Shown here in pieces: positions 35,891 to 46,329 of a stretch of 64,000 nucleotides of DNA. This stretch comes from Vitrella brassicaformis CCMP3155 (taxonomy: Eukaryota; Protista; Chromerida). The notes under the pieces are model-generated. The model had not been told where the DNA came from, ran no database searches, and saw only the letters and a program-made list of their open reading frames with translations. Both the position numbers and the translations under genes were made by a program. How positions within the stretch are numbered: the first letter of the stretch is position 1; the number at the start of each line of letters is the position of its first letter. The stretch lies in contig CDMY01000279.1 of the NCBI GenBank assembly GCA_001179505.1, positions 74,543-138,542 on the forward strand, read 5' to 3'.

Positions 35891-36127
35891 GGGTGGAGAC
35901 GCCTGTGTCTGACAAGTGCTTTGTGCTATTGCCACTTTTGTATTCGGCCTTCACCGCGCCGATTGGTCGTGGACCACACACGGCGGCGGACAGATGCATA
36001 TATATCTGTGTGTGTGTGTGCATAGATTGACACAAGTTTTGAGTCAGTCGTCGGTCAGATCAACATGCACGAGTGAGTCCCGCGATCACACACATCACCG
36101 AACTAACATCACTCACTGGTCGGTCAG

Positions 36128-38453
36128 TCAGGTTTGCCAGTCGTCGCCCGGCCCCGGCGGCCCCGGCAGCCAGAGGGATACGGCGAACCGCTTCCGATGA
36201 CACAGCAGCACCTCGTGGGGCATGTCACGACTCCTGCACACACATGCACCGCACCCAGGACAGATACAGAACAAAGACACACAGAGGCCGTAGACACAAC
36301 CACCATTTCCACACGCACCTGAAGAGGACGAGTCTGTCGCCCTTGGGCAAGATGTCCTGGATGGCAGGCGTGTCGTCGTCGGCCTCACTCCCATCGCCGT
36401 CTGGAGGTGTGCTGCCGCCCTTCGAGCGGCCATATGGGTTCCGCCGCGGCCCATATATGCGGAGGGCCCCGCCGTCACTCTCCTGACCGGCCAAGCAAGC
36501 ATACGGCCGTGCAGGGCTCTGCAGGCCTGCTGCCCCCTTGTTTGGTGTGAGTGATCTGTGCGTGTGTACCGTCCAGTCCTGTGGATTGGGGTAGTAGATA
36601 GCCGTGATCTTGCGGCCATTGTTGGTCTTGGCGTCGTAACTGCAACCACAAACAGCGATAAGCAGCTGAGCTGGCTGCGGCCGGCATTCTTGTGTGTCTG
36701 TTCTGTTCTGTTCTTCGCCTGACCCTCCGTCGATGTGTCGCTTGTAGAAGGTGCCCTTGGCGTGATAGCACGCCAGCTGAAACGTCGACGACATCTGCAC
36801 ACACAGATTACACACACACAGATCCACCACCGGCGTGTTGAAGTGGTGGGTCTGGCGTGGTGTGGTGTGTTGACGACCTGCAGGTAGAGGTTGGCCTTCT
36901 TGTTGAGCTCAAATGGGAGGGACGACAGCACCTCAAACACACCCCACAAATGCTGCACACACACGGGAGAAGCCAGATAAACGGTGGGGCTCTGTTTAAG
37001 GATAGCATCGTGCATCTACGTGAGTGTGGCTGGGGCGGTGTCACTGCTGACCTTGTGTTGTATGCGGTCGATGTCGGCGAATGAGAACCAGCCCATGTCG
37101 TCACTCCTCGTCCCGCTCAGCTGCTGCTGATACTGCACCGCAGACATGACAACCAGCCGTACGCCACGCTCATGGCCGTACTGAGTGAATGTATGGGTGT
37201 TTACGGTACCACTTGGTTGAATGTGCTAGCGTATTCGAGCATCTCGACCTCGCGATACACCTCGGTGTACTCCTGCATGCACCGCATACAGACACAAACA
37301 CCCATATCCATCCATCCATCCAGCCGCGCATCCAGGATACACCCACATACACACCTGTCCGCCCATGAATCCGTCCTGCACAGCGAACCCCGTCCTCATC
37401 AAGCTGTGGATGGTCTCGGAACGCAAGCGATCCAAATCAGAACCGCGATAACCACCTGATCAGCAAGCAGGGGCCGGGAGGGGAGGGGGCCACATAGGGT
37501 AACATAGGGTAGGTGTGTGCTCCACACAGGCGCTTCATCCGTCTGTCCGTCTGTCTGTCTGTCTGCTTGTCTAGTTGTGCTGACTGACCCACCAGGTGTT
37601 GCGAGCAGCCCGCCTTCCCGACTCTCCAGCGACTGGGCACTGCGGATCTGCACACACACACATATCCACACAGACCGGCTGCCTTTGGTGCGGAGACAAC
37701 TGACCTTTGCGTTGACGGTTTGCAGTATTTGTCTGATGAGGGCCTCCTTGAGTATCTCCTTCTGCACGCCAATGGCCGTCTCCTCGTCCATCACAGCTCC
37801 CTCCTCTGACACACACGTGCAACGATACAAACACGACCGAAGGTGTGCTGAACTGGTTGGTGTGATGCTGACCGACCCTGGGCGGCCTTTCGCCGGACAT
37901 TTTCGAAGATCTCTGCTGTTCTCTCCATGACGAGCACCACCATGTCCCGCAGACCGTCATCGCCGCATACCTCATCCAACAGCTGACCCACACCGTCATC
38001 TGCACGCATACACACAGTCACACGCCATCCAGGCAACCAAGCAACTAACGTGAAATTGCGTCTTTCCCTCTCGCTGGGGTGTGTCTGACCAGGTCCTTTC
38101 TTGCACGTGTGATGGTGGTGGTGGTGGTGATGCTGGTGGTGGTGGTGCTGGTGGTCATGGCCATGATGGCCCTCGTCATCTGACGCATCATCTTCGTCTG
38201 CCGCATCATCGTGACAGTGGTGGTGGTGATGCCGGCCCTTCTCCTCGGTCCCTGTGCCGGATCTGAGTGGGTGAGGAGAAGCAGAGCAGCCAACATGGAT
38301 GGATGGATGCCATGTGTGTATTCGACCGCCTGTCCTCTACCTCGCCCGCCTCTCTAGATCCAGCATCGCTCGATGGTCGAGAGTGCTCCGCAGCACCGCC
38401 ACCATCTTGTCCACCGTCTCTTCGTCCCATTCCACCTCCACTTTCCCGTCCAT
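36128..38453 (-). CDS. 2-oxoglutarate/Fe(II) dioxygenase of the prolyl-4-hydroxylase/EGLN-like type, with an N-terminal His-rich tract
   Basis: QLACY...FYKRHIDGG (HxD), NGRKITAIYYPN..W, DGGALRIY, ILPKGDRLVLFR and MPHEVLLCHRKRFAVSLW (distal His and 2OG-binding Arg). Exon 2 encodes RHHHHHCHDD...HHGHDHQHHHHQHHHHHHHTC. Confidence 0.85.
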
Positions 38454-38463
38454 TTTCGCATCT

Positions 38464-38473
38464 TGCGAGCTTT
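38464..38473 (+). promoter_or_regulatory. Candidate promoter motif TGCGAGCTTT immediately upstream of the dioxygenase start
   Basis: Read directly; 11 nt from the inferred ATG at 38453. Confidence 0.35.
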
Positions 38474-39779
38474 GCCCATCTGGCTCGCGTTCCTTCTGGG
38501 GGATTGAATGAATGCAGATGGCGCCAATGTCGCCCGGAGTGCTGTAGCAGTGCCTTAAGAGAGGACCTGCACAGTGCCAGCCATTTTTTACCCGTCCACT
38601 TGCCCACCAACACTCTTTCTTCTGTCTGGCTCAGCCTGCATGTCTCTTTGGCTGCTCAGGTGCGTGTTCCGTCCCCCCAGAGCCCCGCATATCAGCGGCT
38701 GCTCCGCCAAGGCCATCCTCTCGACACCATGATGCGGCTGGCAAGGTCAATCCATGCACGCATCATGCACCAGCTACAGTCCCCCTCTCGCCCTCACACC
38801 ACACGCCATGCCAGCCACCATGGACTCACAGGCCAATTGTGGCACTATATGTGTGTATGCCCAGACTCCCCTCACGCGCCGTATCGTTCATATATCCATT
38901 CCCATCCAGCAGTCCCTTCCCACCAGGCGTCACGTCACCTCGCCTCGCCCACCTACACAGAGCGCAGCACCCACAGCACACATGCACACCCAACACAGAG
39001 AGATGGATGGAGCACTCATTTCACCCCGACACTCACCCACCTTTATATAATAAGGTCTTGCGCAGTCTCTTTCTGGTTGACCACCATATTTGCTATGGCG
39101 TCCCTCAGCAGGCCGCCCACCAGGGGGGCGGTGGCGGGCCGGCGGTCCGTGAAGGCAGCCGATGCATCACCCACTGGCGGCTCGGTGGTGAAAGCAGACA
39201 CACACACTGCATTCAGCAGAACAGCACACGTCAAAGGATGGCTCAATCAGCAAAGGATCTCTTATCCGCCCCCTACCTATATGGGTCATGTTGGTATGAG
39301 TGATGAGAGTGATCGATGCGACGAATGGGCTGTCTAACGGCGTCAGCAGCAGCCGCCGAAACTCCACCCTATCGGCCCACCTGCAAGCCATGACGGCGGT
39401 GCATCGGTTGGGGGGCTGGTGGGGCGACTGGTTGAGGAGGCCGTCCAGCACACCGCCGTAAGCATGGCTGAGGAGACCAACACATAACAGAGGGAAGAGG
39501 CCGTGATGGATGGATGGATGTCTGTCTGAGTGTGGTGTGTCCTGTGTACCGGTACGCCCGAACCCACGGAGTTCTGCCCGGATTGGCCATTCGGGGGGCC
39601 AAGATGGTCTTCATGATGAACGCCGACACCGAGGCATCAGTGGTCTCCTCACCACCGGCCACCCAGCTGCCCCCCCGCGGCGTGATTCGGCTTCTGACGG
39701 GCGGGTTGTCGTTGATGGCGTGTGTGTGGAATGGGTGGGCGGGGGGGAGGGGGGAGGGCGATGTCCAGCTCGAAGCCCG

Positions 39780-40165
39780 CCTCGTCGCGGAGGGCACGCA
39801 CCATGCTCCATAGCGCCTCGATGGCCTTGTGCTTCCCGTACTTTGCTGCAATCAGGAGCGGTGTCTTGATGTAGAGGACATCCTCACGCGAATCCTCTGC
39901 GCCTTCCTCGGGATTCAGGCCGCGTCATCTCCAGCCCTCAAGAGCAGTGCGGCCATAGTGCCGTCGTTGACTATGACGGCCACGCACAAGGGCGATAGTT
40001 GATGATCTCATAGCCGGTTGATGTCAGCACGACGATCAATCAGCGCCGTTGCAACCAAATCGAGGCTGCCTTGCGATGCCGCCAAGTGGAGAGCCGTGAC
40101 GCCATCCGTCTTGGCGTACTTGTTGAGCAGCAAGCGCACCATGGTGACGTTCTGCAGACCACTGC
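39780..40165 (-). pseudogene. Ankyrin-repeat pseudogene fragment
   Basis: DGVTALHLAASQGSLDLV...ADINRL*, LSPLCVAV...MAALLLRAG..* and KTPLLIAAKYGKHKAIEAL(W)EHGA, with two in-frame TGA codons and frameshifts. Confidence 0.68.
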
Positions 40166-40394
40166 CCCAACTGCCGCTGGCAGACGCCGGTCATGACAGG
40201 GGACACGTAGACGAGATGCTGACGAACCCCGAAAAGTCATGGTCATCAGCGGCGAACTCCAGCTCGTCGCGATACAGAGGCCATCTTGTGAAGAGAAGAG
40301 GCAGCGGAAGAGAAGGACGGCCACGACGTCGACGTGATCTCCGATGGTTGGATCTGGTGATTCCATCTCAGGCAGGCCGTCTTCCCTTGAACCG

Positions 40395-40590
40395 CACACG
40401 TGGACTTTGATGAGTTGGGAGTCGCCGCTCTTGGACCCGATGAAGAGCAGCCCCTGCCAAGCGGGGGCCGCTGCGTCCCCCATGCGATCCGCAAGGGGCA
40501 GAAAGGCCAGGCCGTGGGAGCTCGGGACGCTGCCGGCACCCAGAACAGTAAAAAACAGGAAGAGATGCCCGACGATTTTGGACAGCGTGG
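40395..40590 (-). pseudogene. Isolated DDB1/CPSF-A-family beta-propeller fragment
   Basis: VLGAGSVPSSHGLAFL...LLFIGSKSGDSQLIKV resembles DDB1 LGETSIAECLTYL...VVFVGSRLGDSQLVKL. No flanking exons were found. Confidence 0.5.
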
Positions 40591-41212
40591 ACGTCACCCA
40601 GACTCTTCGATGAGGCCTCTGAAGCACTCGGGGCTGCCGAACATTCCGTCTTTCTCGGGATCGACTGAGGATCGATTTTCCATTTTTCTCGCTTCTGGCA
40701 AATTCATTTTGAGATTTTATCACACGAGTGTCTCCTCAGTGAGACCACACACACCTTCAGTGAAACAAGCGGGCAAAACAAAGAGAGAAAGGGGTGAATG
40801 GACTCTACCTTTGAGCTCGCAACTTTTGGTTTCTGAAGAGAAGGCGTCAGGACAGCTCATTGGCCATCGCTGACATCGCAGGTACGCAGAGCTGGTGCAT
40901 CCCTCCCGTGGACTATCTACGTGTGGACGTTGACAGAGGGGCATTTCCATCCGGTAGGGCTCGGCAAGGGTGAGAGAATCCAGCGTGGGAGGCCTCAGCG
41001 TGCGAACGAGGACATGTGAGGGATGCAGGAAGGACCAATAGACACGCCCGACCACAGGAGGTGGACTGGCGGAGAGTGTAGCTAACCGACGACACGCGTA
41101 TCAGCTGAGGTGAGATGGCGCCACTCATCCAATGTGTTGGCCGATGATGGATTCCTTCGAATGAAGGAATGTATGTATGTGTTGCTGGTTGCAGGTTGCT
41201 TCACCCGCCGCT

Positions 41213-43318
41213 ATGGCGGCCTCTTCCTCTGATGCTAAGCCTGGTGGTGGTCGTGCGAGTGAGAGCGATGAGGAGCGACAGCGTCGGGCTGAGAGGGAAA
41301 TACGCTTCTGGGTGAATGCACCGGTGAGCCAACCACACTCACAAGAGGATACACACCCTGAGGGGTATTCACATCTCTTGCCGTCCCGTGTGTTGTGTGG
41401 GCTGTGTGCAGCCCGGTCTCATTAGCATCGTCATGGCCTTCCTCCCCATCAACCTGCTCATCCAGCTGCAGCTGCCGCCCCTGATGTGGCAACACGCGGC
41501 CCGCAAACAGCACCACCTCACCATCAGCGCGGCCGACGACCACGAGCGGTCGTTCTGGCAGAGGATCACCATCGATGTCGTCAAGGAATGGGCCACACAC
41601 CTCAGACAGCTTACCTCCATGATCCTCCGCCACCCCGTCCGCTTCCCTATGTGGTGTTTCGACGTCTTTGTGGCCATCATCGAGGGCCACATTGCCGGCC
41701 GACGGGCAGCCAACATCCAAGGAGGGACACTGCATACCATCACCATCAAAAAGGGGGTTCGGCTGACCGGCACGGCGAGGCAGAGCGTCGCACGCACAAA
41801 TCCGCCCCTCCCAGCCCCTCTCGACCCGTTCCCGACCCTCAACGCACTCGAGACCATTGAGGGTCTGACCCGCGAGCATCGACAGCTGGCCGACCGACAC
41901 TGCCTGGTGCCCTCACTCGCCACCGTGCGGCAGGAGGGGTGGTGGGCTGACGGATATCTGTTGGGCCGACTCATCACTTCGTCCCGCTCCCTGCGGTGCG
42001 TGGACGGCAGCCTTGACGGTGAGGGGTGGGCGGATGTGTTAGAGCGCATCCCTGCGGCACCGGCTGGGCAGCTGAAGGGGGGGCTACTCGCTCAGCTGGA
42101 GAGCATCGGCACTATCGTGGTCAATGATGCAGAACATGACGAGGACGATCTGGCGGGCATCGAGCGGCTTCAGGTGATCACAAAGGGCAAGACAGCAGCG
42201 CCCGTGGGTTGGCTCGTGATGTCCTTCCTGCATGTGTGTGTCTTCTTGTCTGCCTTCAGGAAGTGCTCGTTGCGCGTGGCTGCCGACGGTCGCTCAAGCA
42301 GCTGCACGTGGCGTTGTTTGCCGCATGCATCGACCGCCACAGCATACCCATACTGCTGGCCCTGGACCGGCTGGTCACCAGGTGCTGCCGGGCGGACGCC
42401 CCACTCACACTCACCACCGCCCTCGTCCGTTCCGGCTTCGACCTCTCCATCTTCTGCGACAACAACTTCCCCTCCCACCCCTCGCCCTCACTCAAGACCA
42501 TGATTCAGCAGCTGGCGCAGCAGGCCACGTCGGTGGCATACACCTTCACCCAGGACGGCCTCACCGACCCGCACACCAGCCCCAGCCCATCGGCCATCGA
42601 GATGGCCAAGACACTCTCATTCGACAAGGCCACCGAGGTGGTCGTCGAGGATGCCCCTGGCTTCCATCTCCCCGCCACCACCCCACCGCCCCACCCCGCC
42701 ATCATCACCCACATGCAGCCGTTCCCCAAAGCCTCAGGGCTGGAGGTCTGGAGCAAGCTGAGCGGTGCAGCCGCCGCCCGGCTGTTTGCCAGCAAGATGC
42801 CCAAGGAGCTGACGAGTGTGCACATTGGATTCATGTCGGGTGGGGAGAGGTTGGGCGTGTTGACGGCGCTGGGGAGGGACAGGAAGGTGGGTACGGTGAA
42901 GATGGGGGACATCGGTGTCGACCAACTAGAGCAACTGCTGGTGGGGGCGGCCGACGGATTGCCGACGATTGGGAGACTAGACTTCGCGCTGACACGTACG
43001 CCGAGAGAAGGGTCGTGTGCCCGTCCATCCTCATTGCTGCCTTGTGTGTGTCCTTCTTTAGTGCCCGATGGTGTGGAGGATGCGGGCAGCTTCGTCCGCG
43101 CCCGCCTCTCATCGGTGGTCCTCTGCATCAGGGGCCTGCGGCATGTGGAGCTGAGAGTCGACAGGACGACAAACGAGCATCATGGTTCCATCGAGGCCTC
43201 CCTCGCTGTCGGCACCAACATCGAGGCCACCAACATCGGTGCCTTCACCATCAAAAGCATCAGACGTGTCAACTTTGGGGGCACATGGGTGAAAATAACT
43301 GCACCATCCGATGCCTGA
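41213..43318 (+). CDS. Lineage-specific family hypothetical protein (4 exons), possibly with a degenerate LRR-like C-terminal half
   Basis: Spliceable ORFs 41213-41322, 41411-42172, 42259-42995 and 43061-43318. Family-type motifs WADVLERIPAAP...LLAQLESIG, LQEVLVARGCRRSLKQL and MQPFPKASGLEV. Confidence 0.7.
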
Positions 43319-44479
43319 AGGTAATGGCACTTATACACACGAAGGCCTGTGTGACCGTGTTCGTGTCTGCTCTCTCTCTCTCTCTGTGGGTGTGCGTGTG
43401 TGTTGGTGGTGGTGTCTGTCAGGCCGACCATTGTGTGTGGTGGATCATTCATAGCGGAGGGGCAGACACTTATGTGCTGCATAGCATAGCTGCGGGCCGT
43501 GTGTATGTGTGTGTGTGTGTGTGTGGACGAGTGACTAGGTAGCTGTGCAGAATTGACGGATGGGGGCTGATTGATGCTGCTGTGTGAACCCACCCCACCC
43601 ACCCACCCATCCATCCGTGACGCATGGCTTGCCGTTGCTTGCCCCACCCACACATAACATACACGCATGCATTACATTGCCGTGGGTAACATGGGTGGGT
43701 TCTCGGCCTGCCTTGCCTCGTGCACGTCGGCTGTCTCGTGTCCCTTCTATGTCTCTGTATTCTGCATTACATGTAATTTGTATATATGTGTGTGGACGTG
43801 TTGGTGGCGGTTGCCTTGCTTGCAATTGCTCGGCGCGGCGGACCCAGACATATGTCTGATGCTGCAGCTGATGTGTTAACAACATATGTGCACACCACCC
43901 TCTGTCCACTGGTGTCCATCCATCCATCCATCCGCCCACATGACAAGGCACCCGCCCCATCACAAACATGGACATACAAAGGTTCACCGTAAGTTTGCCA
44001 TACATAGCCGGAGAGACAAGTAAGGCTCATGCTCCGGCTCCGACGGCTGCCATCAAGCAAACACCCTGACTCTCATGGTACATGGGATCGAGGGCAAAGA
44101 TCTGTCCACAAATATAAAATGCAGCCAGCGATGTGACATGTGGGCTGAAGACACAATATATGGACAAAGACATGGCAACACAGAGAGCGACATGGGTCAA
44201 ATAATCAGCATCTTCGTTCGCGCACTGCTCCACAGCCAGCAGGTGCCTCCAACGCCTCGAACAGACCTGCTGCTCATGGGGCTATATGTGGCGCCAGAGA
44301 GCCGGGAGACCTTGTTGCCATTCCTGCTGTCGTGGACCGCGTGGATAAAATGGCTGCGGGTGGGGATGGATGGCTGTGAACGAGAGTGAAAGGCCCTGCC
44401 ACGAGCTGGAGAGCTGTGTGTCGGACTCCTTTCCTTGTTTGCCGCTGCGGTCGGTGGAAGGGGGCCGGCCGCCGCTGTT

Positions 44480-46100
44480 GAGGTATCGGTAGACGTGATG
44501 GGGGAACTCACGGTGGTGCCCCGAGGCCTCACGCTGACGTGACATCAGCTCAGCCCGCCGACGCCTGGCGTCCTTCATAAACTCATGTTGTTCGACGTGT
44601 GGCAGTATGCCCGAGTGGCCTCCATGCGGCTGTAGTCGAGCACCAGGGCGCGCTGACGGTGCCGCGCTTCCGGGCGAGGGCGCCACCCCCAACAGACACG
44701 CCCGGACCTCCAATCATTACACTATCTCATACAGCACCCGCCTTCCTAGCTCCTCCGTGCGATGCCGTCAGCCCCTCGCCCCTACACGAATGCCCGGCAA
44801 CGCCTGCGAGGGAACAGCGGACAAAGCGCAAACAGACACGTGTTTGGTATGGACCGCGCGCAGAGAGCCGATGCAAGCCGTGTGTGTTTCTTCTTACTTG
44901 ATTGTGGCGTCTGTGAGTTCTCCTCATACGGATGCATCCCCCACGTAATCAGGGCCTGTGCCATTGGCAGGTCCTTCCTGGCCTCCTCGTTGCGTCCGGC
45001 CCCTCTCCCTTCCTCCCACTGGAGCCGCTTCTCCACCGCCCCCAGCAGCCACTTCCACCTCTGCATGGCGCTCGCCTCCGTTGCCACCCTCTGCAGATCG
45101 CTGACCGCCGTGGCCATGTGAGAGTTGGCGGCCGTCCGCATCTTGTGCGCCTCCTGCCTCACGGGACCGGCGAAGTGCCGCTCGTACAGCGACTCGGGGT
45201 GGCCAACGGCTTCGCTGAAGAACCACCCCTCTTCGCCGTAAAGCTGCCAGCTGTGCCGGCCCTCGAGAGGATCCATGTGCAGCGCCATGAGTGTGGCTGC
45301 CGCCAGCGAACAGACGGAATAGCCATCCGCCTTTCGGCTGAACGGGCCGCGGTAGGATGGCGCCGTGGGTTGGGGTGCCGCGCTGGTGCTGCTGGTGCTG
45401 CTGTCGCGAATGGCGGCCTCCATGAGGGCGGCGACCCGTCGGATGGCGGCGGGGTCGCAGTGGGCTGCTCGGCCTCATCGAGCTGCGGGACACATTCAGG
45501 CTTATGTGCTGTGTCGACTTTATTGCACGTAACTGACGTACTTGTCGGATCTGTTGTGGGACTAATAGATGGTCCGAAACACTGTGGAAAGACGTCCGCG
45601 GATATAAAATGAAGGCAGCGATACCCTGCGGCTGAAGACACAAATACGGAAAGAGACATGGCGAAACACAAACAAGCACATGGAGGAAACAACACCCATA
45701 CCTTCTCTTCCTCCTCTTTAGGCTGATCGCCTTGATGTCCCGTTGGCATCGTCGTGAACAAGGCCAGCCGTGTGGATGGCGTGCAGGGCCGTCAGGACCG
45801 ACTTGATGAGCCGGCGAGTGCCGTCAGGGGGGAGCTGCAGACGGGCGAGGGTCTGCTGGATGCGGTGCAGCTGCCGCTCGTCCCTGCCCGACGACGCCAG
45901 GCCGACGCGGATGTGGAAGAGGTCCTCGAGGGTGATGGACCCCCTCCACAACTCGTCAGCAGTGGTCGGTCCCTCCAGCTGCCGCCGCTCCTCGTCCTCG
46001 TCGCCGCTCTCCTCGGCCTTCTCGTCCGCTCTCCTCGCCTCCTCAGCCGCCTTCTCCTCCCACATCTCGCGGATCTCGTCAGGCACCCAGTCGTCCTCCT
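44480..46100 (-). pseudogene. Degenerate protein-kinase C-lobe-like sequence, in frame with the RING exon upstream
   Basis: SITLEDLF...RRLIKSVLTALHAIHTAGLVH, then an 11-nt insertion (45753-45743), then RDIK. Later KADGYSVCSLAA (cf. KADVYSLG) and ILPHVEQHEFMK. No N-lobe motifs were seen. Confidence 0.45.
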
Positions 46101-46329
46101 CACCCTCATCACCCACCCACCTCCTCCTCCTCCTCCTCGTCTCGGGGTGGCGCCGCTGGCCCGTCGTCGTCGGAGTCGCTGTCGTCGCCAAACCCCGGCT
46201 GTGGTGGCGGGGGTGGGGCGGATGGCCATCATGTGCGCTCGTCCTAATGTGCGAGAAGCGCACCGTCTGGCAACACCGCAGGCGTTTGAGCGGCCCCGAT
46301 TTCTTGTCGCGGGTCGAACATGAGTTGCA

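Noticed and set aside
38267-39337. 356-aa plus-strand ORF
   Set aside because: It overlaps the dioxygenase 5' exon antisense, reads through microsatellite-like text and has no protein-like motifs. It is likely a GC-rich chance ORF.
39955-40020. In-frame TGA codons in the ankyrin fragment as possible further Sec codons
   Set aside because: They are accompanied by frameshifts, are not in a redox motif, and I saw no SECIS-like structure nearby. Ordinary pseudogene decay explains them.
44027-44330. Hydrophobic minus-strand ORF fragment (QVCSRRWRHLL...)
   Set aside because: It has an upstream in-frame stop, no ATG and no recognisable family, so it is too weak to call.
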